Source: Octopus bimaculoides
Lineage: Eukaryota
Direction: 5' to 3'
NCBI RefSeq assembly: GCF_001194135.2
Contig: NC_068984.1
Span: 30,170,618 to 30,234,617, forward strand
Length of the DNA stretch: 64,000 nucleotides
The translations under genes and the position numbers were made by a program. The notes beneath the pieces were generated by a model. That model had not been told where the DNA came from. It made no database searches and saw only the letters and a list, made by a program, of their open reading frames with translations. Shown here one piece after another: positions 26,226 to 38,873 of this stretch (the first letter of the stretch is position 1; each line of letters starts with the position of its first letter).

Positions 26226-27400
26226 GATATACAAGAAGATTAAAATAAATTGTTGGCTAATACATGAATATATTGAATTGCATTCATTTAACCATATACA
26301 ATTGCTAACTTGCCAACAATCTTATAAAATATATATTTGGTATTCATTTCTTTTCCATAAAGTTGCAATATTCATATATAAATATATATTATCTTCATTG
26401 TTTCATTATGACTGAAAATCGAAACACTTGCTTCATCACCATCAGTGGTTATCTGCTTTATACAACCATACTTTACAACCATACTTTACACATGTTAGAA
26501 CTACAGCCCACGTAAAATTTTGATTCGAATGGCATTTTCACTGAAAAATAAGCTTTAAAATCATCTTCCTACCATATATTATATATGCCTCATTGTGTTA
26601 AAAATCAAAGATTGGTTGAGTTCTACATTGAAAATTTCCACTGGAAATAAAATGTTGAATTAGTACTTTCTGGTGAACTGACCAAACTTCAGTATGAAAC
26701 ATTTTTCTTGTCTTAATTCACTTCAGCTTTTCACTTAATGTGATTCCAATGGCTACTCACAATGTTGACTATGGAAACAAACTTTTAAATTGGTGACACT
26801 ACTGAACTCACTATTCATACAGTAGAGTTTCTCCAGTATAAGAATAATTCCCAGTACTATAGTGAAGAAGATAGTAAATTCAAAATACATGTGCAGAAAA
26901 TATAAGAATCTGTTAAATACATTTTATATAGATTAATTTTTGAATTTGATTATTGTTCAACTTAAACATGGAAATACATTGAAAAAAAAAATTGAATTTC
27001 TGTAACGCACCTTTTACTCATAGGAAGATGGAAATAAACTTTATTATCTAACATTATGGAATCATTTCTAAATGCAATATTAAATTTACAGACTGATGTA
27101 CTCAGATTAACTTTTATTTTATTTTCAATAATATCACTGTTAGAAAATATTGAGGGTCATATAAAACATATTAAATCACAACCATACTCATTTAATGTCT
27201 ACAGTACTTTCAATTACAGTCATATTAGGGCATCACCTTCAACAATTTAGTTGTTCATGTCAACTTCAATACTTATTCAATTTTGGTATTGCTTTATCCA
27301 ATCTGAGCTTATGCCATACGTGCACCTGCATGAGTGTGAGTGTGCATGCACATATTGTGCATATGGGCATGTATGTAAATATGTAGGCATGTGTGCACAT

Positions 27401-27439
<39 letters not shown>

Positions 27440-27569
27440 AAATGAAAGATGGAAGATGAAATTTACAACAATTTTTATTGATCACGACAATTGTTTCAGC
27501 ACACCTAGCATTGATCCTTTAACAACTGGTTCAGGAGCACCCAGTAATGCATGCAGATGTGTCTCATCG

Positions 27570-27573
27570 GATG

Positions 27574-27613
<40 letters not shown>

Positions 27614-27626
27614 ATGTGTGTGTATG

Positions 27627-27682
<56 letters not shown>

Positions 27683-27690
27683 TGCATACA
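27570..27690. repeat. Compound (TA)n/(TG)n microsatellite
   Basis: Directly visible; source of several spurious YI/HT ORFs. Confidence 0.95.
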
Positions 27691-27899
27691 CTCACATTTA
27701 TTCTGTCTTCTAAATAGAGGAGTGACTGAAAAAAATAAGGAAAATGGAGGATGAATTTTATTGAATCCATGTATGTACATGTATCCTTGTTTGTACGTAT
27801 ATACGTGTGTGTGCATGCATGTGTGCGTACACAAACACACACACATGTACACACACCACCAAACACCCCCTATACATTCAGTGTATCATATTATGGTAT

Positions 27900-30319
27900 G
27901 ATAAATTGAAAATCACTTTATTCCAATATCTTTGCATCCTATATGCTAAATGCTCAAAACAATTTTCCAAATAATAAATGCTCAAAAAAAAGCAAAATAT
28001 CTCACGGTTGATACATCGACTAAAGTAGAAGGATTTTCTTTGTATGGAAGACACCATGGTTTAATGTATCATGTTTGGAATAATAAAGTTAACAACCAAA
28101 ATATTGTACCAAACAAATATTTCACATCCCCATACAACTGCTTTGTCTATACTGGAATTTATTCTTTCAGAAACTTTCTGAAACATGCCTTCCATTATAT
28201 ATGTGTATGCGTGTATGTGTATATATAAAGGATATGATTGTGCAGGTACAAATACAAGAATACAATGTGTTTTCAATCATAATGTAATTATACCGTGTAT
28301 AAATTGTATAAATAGTTGCTACATTCTCCAGAAACAATGTAGAGGTTGCCTGAATATATATGCATGATATATTACATGCTGTGATCCATCTTCCTGTACA
28401 TCTTGAACATTAACAACCAGTATATTCTATAAAAAGAGGTGAAGGAAAGATATTCTAAAATGCCCAAGACAGAAACACTCTTTTACAGCATTGTTCAGAG
28501 TAAATGAAATTGCAAAGGCTGCCAGCCAGTAACTCTAATCTGAAGTTCTTTATTATGTCTTTGACAAAAGAGTAGCAACATAGAAACAGAGAATATGTTA
28601 AGGGAATAAAATGTTTTCAAGAATCTATTCAGTGCCTCCTAAGCAAAGTGAAAGGTTTTTCTTCAGTTTTTTTTATTATTAAATTTAAAAGGAACTGTAA
28701 GTTTTGATGATATTTGCACTAACGGTGATGTTATTTGCAACAAATTTCTGAAAGCATAAATCCATTAAATAATGAACAGGAATAGTTATATAAGAAGTTG
28801 AAGTCAGAAAGCTACAACTGAGAGAAATGCTTGCCATTATAGGTCTCTAAAATAGACCGAGAGACTTCTCTGTGGCTAATCCAGCTGATTAGCACTATGT
28901 TCATTATCTTCTAACAGAGTACAAGACAAATGAAGCTCATAATAATGCTTTGCATCATATCCATTAGACACTGGTTATTCACAATATATACTGCCCTAAG
29001 GATTAGCTGAAAGTACAATTATTTTAATGATGAAGTGAATGAAGCTCATATTGAGAATTCTGCTGCTGGTTATATTAAAGTACAGATTTTTAAATTAGCT
29101 GTAAAGTACGTTTAAATGAAGTGCACTGTGGAAAGTTTATTTGATAAATGAGCAGACCATTAGTTCTATTCCCTTATGTTCAAGTAAGATAAGCATTTAA
29201 GAATATTATAATTCATGTAGAAGGAATATGTAGTTATATTCAGAAACTGGTATTACAGTGGATTTGCTAAAAGACATGACAGTTCACTGTATCTTCTATT
29301 TCCCTGTATACACCCTTGTAATATCATGATTAATTTTGCAAATTTCCTCAACAGATTCTCAAGCAAAATTGTTGCTTTGGTGCAAATAGATGACATGGCA
29401 GAACTTTCTATAAATATGCTGTACATAAGAGATAAAACATAATGATGAAAAATAGGTCCTTTAAATAGAAGATTCTTCTAGGTTAAATGTTTTGTCAAAC
29501 AACACAAGAGTCACCAATGCAGTCATAATAGAGAGCTGCATCAAACAACCAGTGTTATAGGGATATGTGTGTAAACTCCCAGACCCTCCACCACCATGAG
29601 AGCCCATAATGAAGCAACAATCAACAAATGTTTTCTGCACATGTGAAACAGAATTCTAAATAATGGAACCAATTTATAAACAATCATTAATGAAATACCA
29701 CAAGAAATGGTCTCAAATGGAGAATATTGCAGAGATTTTACATGGGAATTTGCTGGCCCTTAGGAAAAAATAGTGATTGAATTGCATTTATTTGCAAGAA
29801 TGTAATCCTAATTTCAAAAACCAAAGAATTTCTACAACCGAATAATGAAGTTCTGAATCACTTGCATGTAAAGATTTAATATATATAACAGAGAAGACGC
29901 CATTGCAAACTGAGATATGGACCAAAATGTAAGTTAAACCAGAAAATATGATCAGATTCTCATGAATTGTAGCCCCTTATTGATTCAATTACAAAGCTGA
30001 AACATAATTTCAGTTCTAAAATAAGTCTACTGAATGAAACTGGATTTATTGTTACGGATTTAGCAATCCATTGCATCACTGTACATCACTGAATAAATTA
30101 TCAATGGCAACAGAAGAGATAATATATTAATACCAAGTGGCCTATTAATATCAGTAGGTGCAGGAGTTGCTGTGTGGTAAGTAGCTTGCTTACCAACCAC
30201 ATGGTTCCGGGTTCAGTCCCACTGCGTGGCACCTTGGGCAAGTGTCTTCTACTATAGCCTCGGGCCAACCAAAGCCTTGTGAGTGGATTTGGTAGACGGA
30301 AACTGAAAGAAGGCTGTCG

Positions 30320-30352
<33 letters not shown>

Positions 30353-30850
30353 GTGTGTGTTTGTGTGTCTGTGTTTGTCCCCCCAACATCACTTGACAAC
30401 CGATGGTGGTGTGTTTACATCCCCGTAACTTAGTGGTTAGGCAAAAGAGACCGATAGAATAAGTACTAGGCTTACAAAGAATAAGTCCTGGGGTCGATTT
30501 GCTTGACTAAAGGCGGTGCTCCAGCATATCCACAGTCAAATGACTGAAACATGTAAAAGAGTAAAATGAGTAATGAGTGGATTTAGCCTTGACTGTGAGC
30601 TTTACTTTGAAAAGAAAACATAGTTACTCAATACCTCCTTAATTGCTACAACTATTAACAAGTCTCAAAGTAAACCATTTGATGCATTTGAAAAATATTT
30701 GCCAAAGTTTATATTCATTCCTGGCTAATTTATGTTACTTTAAGTAAAACTAAAAACAGCAACAAACAGTACTATAGGAGCAAGAGTGTCGGTAAATTAT
30801 TACCTTCCAAGATTTATCCACAAAATGTTCATAGGGAACTTGTAATCTAA
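27900..30850 (+). mobile_element. Helitron Rep/helicase (Pif1-family) fossil, interrupted by microsatellites and a SINE
   Basis: Collinear decayed motifs: LCILYAKCSKQFSK; VNNQNIVPNKY; KGYDCA; MHDILHAVIHLPVHLEH*QPVY; FSRIYSVPPKQSERFF; KGTVSFDDICTNGDV; QLREMLAII; ETGITVDLLKDMTVH; IIESCIKQPVL; TMRAH; IINGNRRDNILIP; FTLKRK; IATTINKSQ; G*-YVTLSK; NVHRELVI*. These follow recalled Helitron RepHel order (KCSKRFPK; NRWVVPYN; KGHD; RLPVHL; GR.Y.V.P...ERYY; GPTSFEDLRTVNG; SGIAATLL...TAHS; TNMR; PF.LKRRQFP; AMTINKSQG; HGQLYVALSR; NIVYKEVL). Confidence 0.8.
30157..30575 (+). mobile_element. tRNA-derived SINE family A with internal (TA)n(TG)n
   Basis: ggtgcaggagttgctgtgtggtaag (A-box-like)...ggttccgggttcagtccc (B-box-like)...gcaccttgggcaagtg...gtcaaatgactgaaac + taaaaga tail. 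Confidence 0.9.
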
Positions 30851-31640
30851 ATATACAGTTAATATATGCACCAAGACAAAGTATGAGGTTGATTTGCTAC
30901 ATTCTGAAATGTATATCCTAGTAAGGAAAGGTTATACATCGTTTATATAAATGTTAACCTGTACAAAATTATGTTATGCTGTAGATATTACTGCAAATCA
31001 CAAACTGTGACATATGTCAATATTGTTGTAAACTGCTTTCTGTTTAATACAGAGTAAAATGCAGATAAAGCTGGAAGTTTCATTATGAAATATTTTAAAT
31101 AACACTCTATATATGGTAGTATCATGTTATGAAATATAATGCTGCATATAGCAATCACCATCATAATGAGAACTGTAAAACCTGTCAAATACTACAATTT
31201 GAAAACAGCAGGAAATGCACTTTCTTTAAATGCGAATCGTGTCGTATTATAAAACTTAAAATGTTATTGAAAAATTGACAATGAACCAACTTCTGTAATA
31301 CTGTAAATGTAATTGTGAATTTCCACGTATGCCATGCTATGTTATATTACAAATATTGTTGTAAAAATACAACCTATTGAAGCATAATGTCAATATAATA
31401 TTAATTTACGACATGCAGTTTAATTTGGCATTTTATCAATAAATTAGGGATTATTAGTGAAGGATTGATATCATTCATTAACTTATAATACCATAAAATG
31501 CTCCATCATTATTTTAAGTGGCACTAATTAGGATCAGACATAAACGAAAAAATATCTGAACACTCATATTTTAGAAACAATTTAATAATTACATTAAATT
31601 AGCAATATATCAATTCCATATCATGGAATTTGGTAACATT

Positions 31641-31980
31641 TATTTTGCTTCTTTAAACGTTGATGATTATGATTTGGTTCAAAACCCATTTATAAAATCT
31701 TTATATCCATTGATCACAGACTTAAAATCTATCTATGTTAGCTGTTGACATATTTTTAGATATCTTTTACAGAAGAATATACTTCAGTAACTAAAAAAGC
31801 TTTATCTATTTTGATTCAGTTTTCTACAACATGTTTATGTGAATCTGGAATTTCTTCACTTACAAATGCAAAAACAGGGGAAAAAATAGAGAGATGGAGA
31901 CTTCATAGTACTGAAGATGAAATGATGTAATGTTTTATCTTGAATACATAGCAAATGTAAAAAGAAGCATCGAATTACTG
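31641..31980 (+). mobile_element. hAT (Charlie/Buster-like) transposase C-terminal dimerisation-domain remnant
   Basis: YFASLNVDDYDLVQNPF and EEYTSVTKKALSILIQFSTTCLCESGISSLTNAKT..RLHSTEDEM (cf. YFP.L....DW.RNPF; EYP.....A..IL..F.TTYLCE.GFS.L..IKTK.R.RL..ED.MR). Confidence 0.75.
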
Positions 31981-34259
31981 ATAACTATGCTGCAATAATT
32001 GAATAAACAAAGTTAGTTCTTAATAATATTCTCTATTTTAAACTGTTTATATTTTTAGGCTAAAAAATACAAATAGAACTTTTTATTTCATATTCACAAT
32101 GCTTGTACATGCTCTAAAGTACAATGTGAGCTAAAAATATTTGGTAATAATTTATTTGGTAAATATGTATTAATAGATGTGGATGTTTCACACTTTGTAA
32201 ATAATGTTTGCATTAGAAGATAGCCACAGTGAATAAATTCTACAAGCATTTTGGTGCATGACCCCACTTTCTTCTTGCAGTACTTTAAATTCCAGCTGCT
32301 GAGAGTCATACTTTGGCAGGTGGTTGTTCCAGAACAGAAAAATTCAAGTGAATCATCCATAGATTATTGTCAAACAATATCAAGGAAAGAAAATCTGTTC
32401 TAATCTATGAACGACAATATAACACAGAAATAATTGGAGAAACTATTGAAATAGAAACTTCTGAGAAATAGATGCAACCAAGATGTCAGATCTGAAAACA
32501 AACAATTCACATAAGGTTAGGTCCTTGGGAATTTATATGAGAGATTCAATGAATAACTAAAAACTTGCACACAGTCACAGAAAACAGCATTATGAGGCAC
32601 AGGTATTATAGTATCATATAAAGTGTTCTCAATATTGTTATATGTATAAATCACTTCAGAAACAAAGCTTCACTTAGTTATACATTCGATGCAATTAGTC
32701 ACATTAAGATAACTGGAATAATAATACATTTTTTAATCACAGGCAGGATTCCACATTTATGAGTGCATAGGATGGAAATATGCAATGTTTAAGCATTTCA
32801 TCAGTAATATGATTGATACTGTTATTATTTAACCGAAGCTTGGCCTTATCAAGTAAACCTATCATTAAAAGCATTCTGCCAAAAGCTTGTTGTTGGATTA
32901 GTTGCTATTTTTAGGAAATCAAAGTTAGTTTGCAAACTTGTTTCTGAAATTACCAATAAACGATAGTGGCTGCTATTGAGGTCTTATAGTGAATATTTTG
33001 ATTAATAGAAGAACAAATACGTTATTGTTTGAGGGGGATGGCGACTCCACCTTTGATTATATCAAATAATTTATTGAACTAAGATCTAAAACTATACATG
33101 CTTTTAGTTGTGATTGTGAAAGCTACACGCTCTATATCATAAATCATCTCATTCTACGCTCTGTTGTTTTCTCTGATTCTGCCACTTATAACTTGATAAC
33201 AGTAAGAATTACAATGGTGATGAAAAATAACTGGAAACAGATTTATCAGTAAATGATTTTGTCACTCAGAATGATTTTGCATAGAAAATTTATTTGAAAT
33301 TTGCCCTAAAAATTATATCAATGTACAATTAATAGATTGAAATCTGAAATTTCAATATCAGTATATACTTTGTAAATGGTGAAAAAATACTAGTTAAAAA
33401 TATGACATAAAATTTATTTCACTTCAAACTGCCACTATCTAAGAAACAATGCATGCATCCTTGTCATCTCATAAGAGCTACATCAATAGAAAAGATTTAC
33501 TGCATGTATATAATGTAGATTACTGTTAGTAAAGATGAAAGGAGATTTCAAAGATGACGAGAAAGCAATTACCAGAAGCAATAATGTTACTTAATATTTT
33601 GTGATGACAAAGTCAATTTTTCTATGCCAAATAACTCTAGATAGTAGAGATGGAAACAGATAATACTCTCCTTTTCTCTTTCATTAAGCTTTTGATTTTT
33701 ACTTATTTCATGAGCTTGTTTTATGTTTCTTTATTTATGTCATGCATTTATCAAGAATATGTGAAATGAACAATATGAAGGCAGTGAAGACAGGATTGAG
33801 ACACAATAAATGGAATTTTCTCTCCTATAAAGGATATTTTTAGATATACTTTCCAGTAAATGGAAATATTTGGGGTGAAGTTTCAAGAAATAGTCCTTTT
33901 ATATCTAAAGATTTTTCTGTATAAAGTAAAATTGCAAAACTATGCATTAACATGTAGGGTTGCAAGAAAATCAAGCAGTGAAGGCTTAAAATGTACAACC
34001 TGATGCTGAGAAATCAAATTCTTTTCACTTTTCAGGAAAAAGAAATTGAAAGTGCCCAAAAACTTTAAATGAACGAATATTCACATCCACGTGACTGAGG
34101 ATCTGATACAAATCGTTTGTTGTACCTTGATACAGTTTCCAAGGGGAACCAGTGAGTGGACTTCAAATTCTCTTCTGACAAGTTTTCCATTGTAGTTGAA
34201 TCCCATCATTTATGTCTCTAGTCTGGCTACTTCCATCAGCCATAGAATACACAAGTATC

Positions 34260-34870
34260 TCCATTAATCATCTTAGTTCCTCCTTTAGCAAAATACTTTA
34301 ACAATAGCCTAGAAGTTCTTCCCTTCCAGTGGACTTAAAGCATGCCAGACATGTATTTGAAACCTCTAAGTCTCTGTGCTACTACTAGATAGCCATTAAT
34401 CAAACATTAGGTTTATTCATTCTTTATACAGATTGTTTTTTGTCCTAACAATTTTCTAACAACTCTGTTTACCAAACAAGCATTGTGAGGCATTTTGTTT
34501 AATTTCTGTTGATATAAGCATACAAGAGGTTGCACCAGGTTTCTTTTTCCTGGCAGTATTTGTTAGTGACATCATATAATCATGATCTTTGCACACATTC
34601 TAAAATTGATGAGATCACAACTGTTGACAGTCAATTTGAACCTCTGTTGGTTAACATCTGCAGGAAAATATGGGTGGTTAGGAATTTCAAAGAGATACAG
34701 TTTTAGGAAAGAAAGATTATGTAAAATGTTTAATGAAGGCTCTAGTGTTTGAGGCAGAAAAGATGACAAAAAGAAGTGAGATATTTGTGTGTCAAGTGGT
34801 CCTGTTTGGAAAAAGATGAAGTATACTGTTCAATAGCCAAGACGTATATAACTAACTAAAGTTGGGCAAA
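34260..34870 (+). mobile_element. Very decayed CR1/L2-like RT remnant
   Basis: PPLAKYFNNSLEVLPFQW, VDIS, FLAVFVSDI and SIAKT..KVG peptides in RT order; many stops. Confidence 0.3.
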
Positions 34871-35286
34871 AGAAACAGCTTGTCTATAAGCCATCAATTG
34901 TAATACTTCCATTTTTGCCATGTTTTGTTATTTATGATACAATGTTATGATACAATATATGCTTTGGCTGTATTTTTGAATACTGGTACGGTTTAAGTTT
35001 TATACTGGAATGATCCTAATTTCCAAATATTTTCATTGTGAAAAAGCATTGCATTAGGAAAGGCATCTGGCTGTAGAAACCATGCCAAAGCAGACACTGG
35101 AGGCCGTCCTTGTGGATCCTTGTCAAACCATCCAACCCATATCATAGAAGGTGGTTGCTAAATGATGATGATGGCAACGATGATGATGATGATGACTTTA
35201 TGAGTTATCAGCTTCAATGGGTTTCACTTCTGATTTAAATACGACTGTTCATTAACATACTTTATTTTCTTTCAATGCCTTGTTGC

Positions 35287-36097
35287 TTTAGTATGATTCT
35301 AGACGTAGATTTCTCTAAGTTTGACTTATTTCTCTGTTTTTAGAATTGTGCTTTTTATTTTTCCTTTTTAAAACAATAAGGACAAGTCCGAATTTGGTAG
35401 GGTTTTATACCAATAATTCTTGGAAGTCAAGTAACAATGCAAAGTTCCATTCATTGGTGTCTGAGGTTCAATAATTTAAGTCTCTGTTCAGAAAAAGCCA
35501 ACTCTTATATNNNNNNNNNNNNNNNNNNNNNNNNNNNNNNNNNNNNNNNNNNNNNNNNNNNNNNNNNNNNNNNNNNNNNNNNNNNNNNNNNNNNNNNNNN
35601 NNNNNNNNNNNNNNNNNNNNNNNNNNNNNNNNNNNNNNNNNNNNNNNNNNNNNNNNNNNNNNNNNNNNNNNNNNNNNNNNNNNNNNNNNNNNNNNNNNNN
35701 NNNNNNNNNNNNNNNNNNNNNNNNNNNNNNNNNNNNNNNNNNNNNNNNNNNNNNNNNNNNNNNNNNNNNNNNNNNNNNNNNNNNNNNNNNNNNNNNNNNN
35801 NNNNNNNNNNNNNNNNNNNNNNNNNNNNNNNNNNNNNNNNNNNNNNNNNNNNNNNNNNNNNNNNNNNNNNNNNNNNNNNNNNNNNNNNNNNNNNNNNNNN
35901 NNNNNNNNNNTATTGAACCTCAGACACCAATGAATGGAACTTTGCATTGTTACTTGACTTCCAAGAATTATTGGTATAAAACCCTACCAAATTCGGACTT
36001 GTCCTTACTGTTTTAAAAAGGAAAAATAAAAAGCACAATTCTAAAAACAGAGAAATAAGTCAAACTTAGAGAAATCTACGTCTAGAATCATACTAAA
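35287..36097. repeat. 187-bp inverted repeat flanking an assembly gap
   Basis: 35911-36097 is the reverse complement of 35287-35473 with one mismatch seen (right ttactg versus left-rc ttattg). Confidence 0.9.
35511..35910. other. Assembly gap (400 N)
   Basis: Run of N. Confidence 1.
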
Positions 36098-36859
36098 TCA
36101 AAATCAAAAAAGTTTGGCATACAAATGTGAAAATTGTCCAGCAGATATGCTTTGATTTTATGGTTGATTGCCATGATTTTCATTGAGTATTATCACTGGA
36201 AGATGAAAAGTAAGTATAATCGAGGTTCCCTAGTTCCAGGTAACCACTCTATTTATTTTAGTTTTCTCATTGGCCTTGAGTTGTTACCTTGAAGTTCACT
36301 GCTCTATGGAGAAAAAGTGCAACATCACAAGATAATATCTATAGATTTACACCTTGGTACTACCAAGCAATGGCATCTGCTGAGAAACTTATCCTCTAGT
36401 ACCTTGTAACAATTTGCAACATTCTTATATTCGTTTTTGCAAAATTCTTGATGTGAAATCGTGTGTTGAAACAGATATTGTTGTATTTGGGGACGGTTGT
36501 GTTACCAGTTTAGCCCCCCCCCCAAAAGAACACACACACTATATATGTGGTGTTAATTTGCTAAGAAGCAACAACAAGTTACAGATATCAAATTAAATTC
36601 TCCTATATATAAACAACTACCAGAAATATTCAGCGCTGCCTGGATTAAAGAAAAGAATGAAATTCGAAAATGCCTTTTAGATCTCTAACATGACACATGG
36701 ATTATGAAGTTCTCAACAGTAATTAGCTGAGGTACAAACTATTAATGTCAATAACATATTTTGTCCAATGTTCTCACTGTTAAAATTGTGAAAAAAAAAA
36801 CAGGTAGTTCTTTGTCTTTGCAATCACCTTCAATTGTCAGTACTTATTTGAAACACGTT

Positions 36860-37265
36860 GAACCTGAAAATGCATAAACTTCAGAAGAACCAGCCTGCAG
36901 GCACTCCTCTCCTGTTAAAAAGTACATCAACTCCACGGAAAATACATTTAAATGAGCATTCATTATAATGGCATTCCCACATNNNNNNNNNNNNNNNNNN
37001 NNNNNNNNNNNNNNNNNNNNNNNNNNNNNNNNNNNNNNNNNNNNNNNNNNNNNNNNNNNNNNNNNNNNNNNNNNNNNNNNNNNNNNNNNNNNNNNNNNNN
37101 NNNNNNNNNNNNNNNNNNNNNNNNNNNNNNNNNNCACAAAAAATTGAAATTACTTTTTTTCTGTGCCTCTGATTAAAATTTTCGAAAACCAAACCCAGCC
37201 ACATTACTTGGAAAAAAATAATCTTTATTCTGCTGGTTTTTCTTAAAATTTCGCACATGGGAAAG
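36860..37265 (+). mobile_element. Penelope-like GIY-YIG endonuclease remnant spanning the second gap
   Basis: Before the gap: VKKYINSTENTFK (cf. K.YIG.TE..FK.R). After the gap: KPNPATLLGKK (cf. NP..LLN.RSE). Confidence 0.4.
36983..37134. other. Assembly gap (152 N)
   Basis: Run of N. Confidence 1.
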
Positions 37266-37329
37266 GCATCAAAATCGCCCCTCCCCACTTTGAATGGGAT
37301 ATTCCTATCTTAAAAAGTAATAATCGATT

Positions 37330-37485
37330 ATCTCGTTAACCATGGGAGTTGGAGGGCAATAAAAATCTCCTGAACATAAGCGGACCACGCTGCCGCTCTG
37401 TGTTGAATTTCACGTGATTCCACTGCAAAGTTCTCGAGTGAATCTGCCGACACTCAATCAATCAATCAATCAATCAAGCAATCAA
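37330..37485 (+). mobile_element. Retroelement-like 3' end with (TCAA)n tail
   Basis: Locally GC/CpG-richer segment ending ...gtgaatctgccgacactcaatcaatcaatcaatcaatcaagcaatcaa. Confidence 0.4.
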
Positions 37486-37646
37486 GAACACTGCAATTTT
37501 TAGTATAGATTATATTAAGACAATTTATTTAAAATTTGAATAGACTTATCAATGAAAAATACAAAACATACTGAAGAAAATTGTGAATAAATGCATCATT
37601 ATACACACACACACACACGCACGCATGCCCTCCCCCATATATGCAT

Positions 37647-37688
<42 letters not shown>

Positions 37689-38445
37689 CTTTGTAAAACT
37701 TTGGCTGGTAAGATCATGCATGGTCATTTTTCAATCATGATAGATATGAAGACACACTATCCACATCAAGTCATTTCAGATTCCTCTTCTTTCTTTATGT
37801 CAGCAGGACATTCATATATGTAAGGCAATATCTAGCTAATCTTTTGGCTTTCAGTTTGGTCTCTTTCACTATCAATAATACATTATTATTTGCCAAAAGC
37901 CAAACTGCTTTGGAACCATAGAATTCCCAGTTGAAGACATTTTCGGAAATCATTGCTATCAACAGTCATAAAAACTAGTAGTTAATATTGTTTGAATATG
38001 GTGGGGAAGGTAGTGGGGATAATGGTCTCATAAACTTTTATATACCGATTCCTGTCTCACAGAAAATAATCCAGTAAAAGCTAATTTTTTTGTTTTCTTT
38101 TCTACAGTTGATGTAAAATTCAATGAACATATGAATTTGTGTCACAGAACCTCTAAGTTGGCAATGTTGCTGCATTGGTGCTGTTAATTGTTAAATATTT
38201 CTTTAAAAATAATACATCTCTATCATTTGCTTTTTTTTTATTAACTTGGGTTAGCACATCATATTTTAAATAAATCATAACAAGTTTTGTCATTATTATT
38301 TAGCTATATTTACTTATCTACTTTCTTAACAGATGTAATTATCTTAGTGAATTAAAAGTCAAGCTATTGGATATTACAGCTGTTAGTTTATTTCACTCTG
38401 CAGACATTTACTTGCTATGGGTCTAACAAATTTACAGTAAGTAAA

Positions 38446-38608
38446 GGCGCAGGAGTGGCTGTGTGGTAAGTAGCTTGCTTACCAACCACATGGTTCCGGG
38501 TTCAGTCTCACTGCGTGGCACCTTGGGCAAGTGTCTTCTACTATAATCTCAGGCCTACCAAAGCCTTGTGAGTGGATTTGGTAGATGGAAACTGAAAAGA
38601 AGCCAGTC

Positions 38609-38663
<55 letters not shown>

Positions 38664-38873
38664 GTTGTGTGTCTGTGTTTGTCCCCCCACCATCGCTTGA
38701 CAACTGATGGTGGTGTGCTTATGTCCCCGTAACTTAGTGGTTCGGCAAAAGAGACTGATAGAATAAGTACTAGGCTTACAAAGAATAAGTCCTGGGGTCG
38801 ATTTGCTCGACTAAAGGTGGTGCTCCAGCATGGCTGCAATCAAATGACTGAAACAAGTAAAAGATTAAAAGAG
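38446..38873 (+). mobile_element. tRNA-derived SINE family A, full length
   Basis: ggcgcaggagtggctgtgtggtaag...gactgaaacaagtaaaaga; possible short target duplication agtaagt (38436-38442 / 38874-38880). Confidence 0.9.

Noticed and set aside
27393-27866. Cluster of YI/HT/CV-rich ORFs
   Set aside because: Translations of (TA)n, (TG)n and (CA)n microsatellites.
29550-29765. Minus-strand hydrophobic frame resembling a GPCR transmembrane helix
   Set aside because: It is antisense to the Helitron helicase remnant, which explains the region.
32281-32319. Strong acceptor (cccactttcttcttgcag) and 39-nt frame YFKFQLLRVILWQ
   Set aside because: Weak donor, isolated, no homology.
35437-37288. ORFs containing long X runs
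   Set aside because: Artefacts of N gaps.
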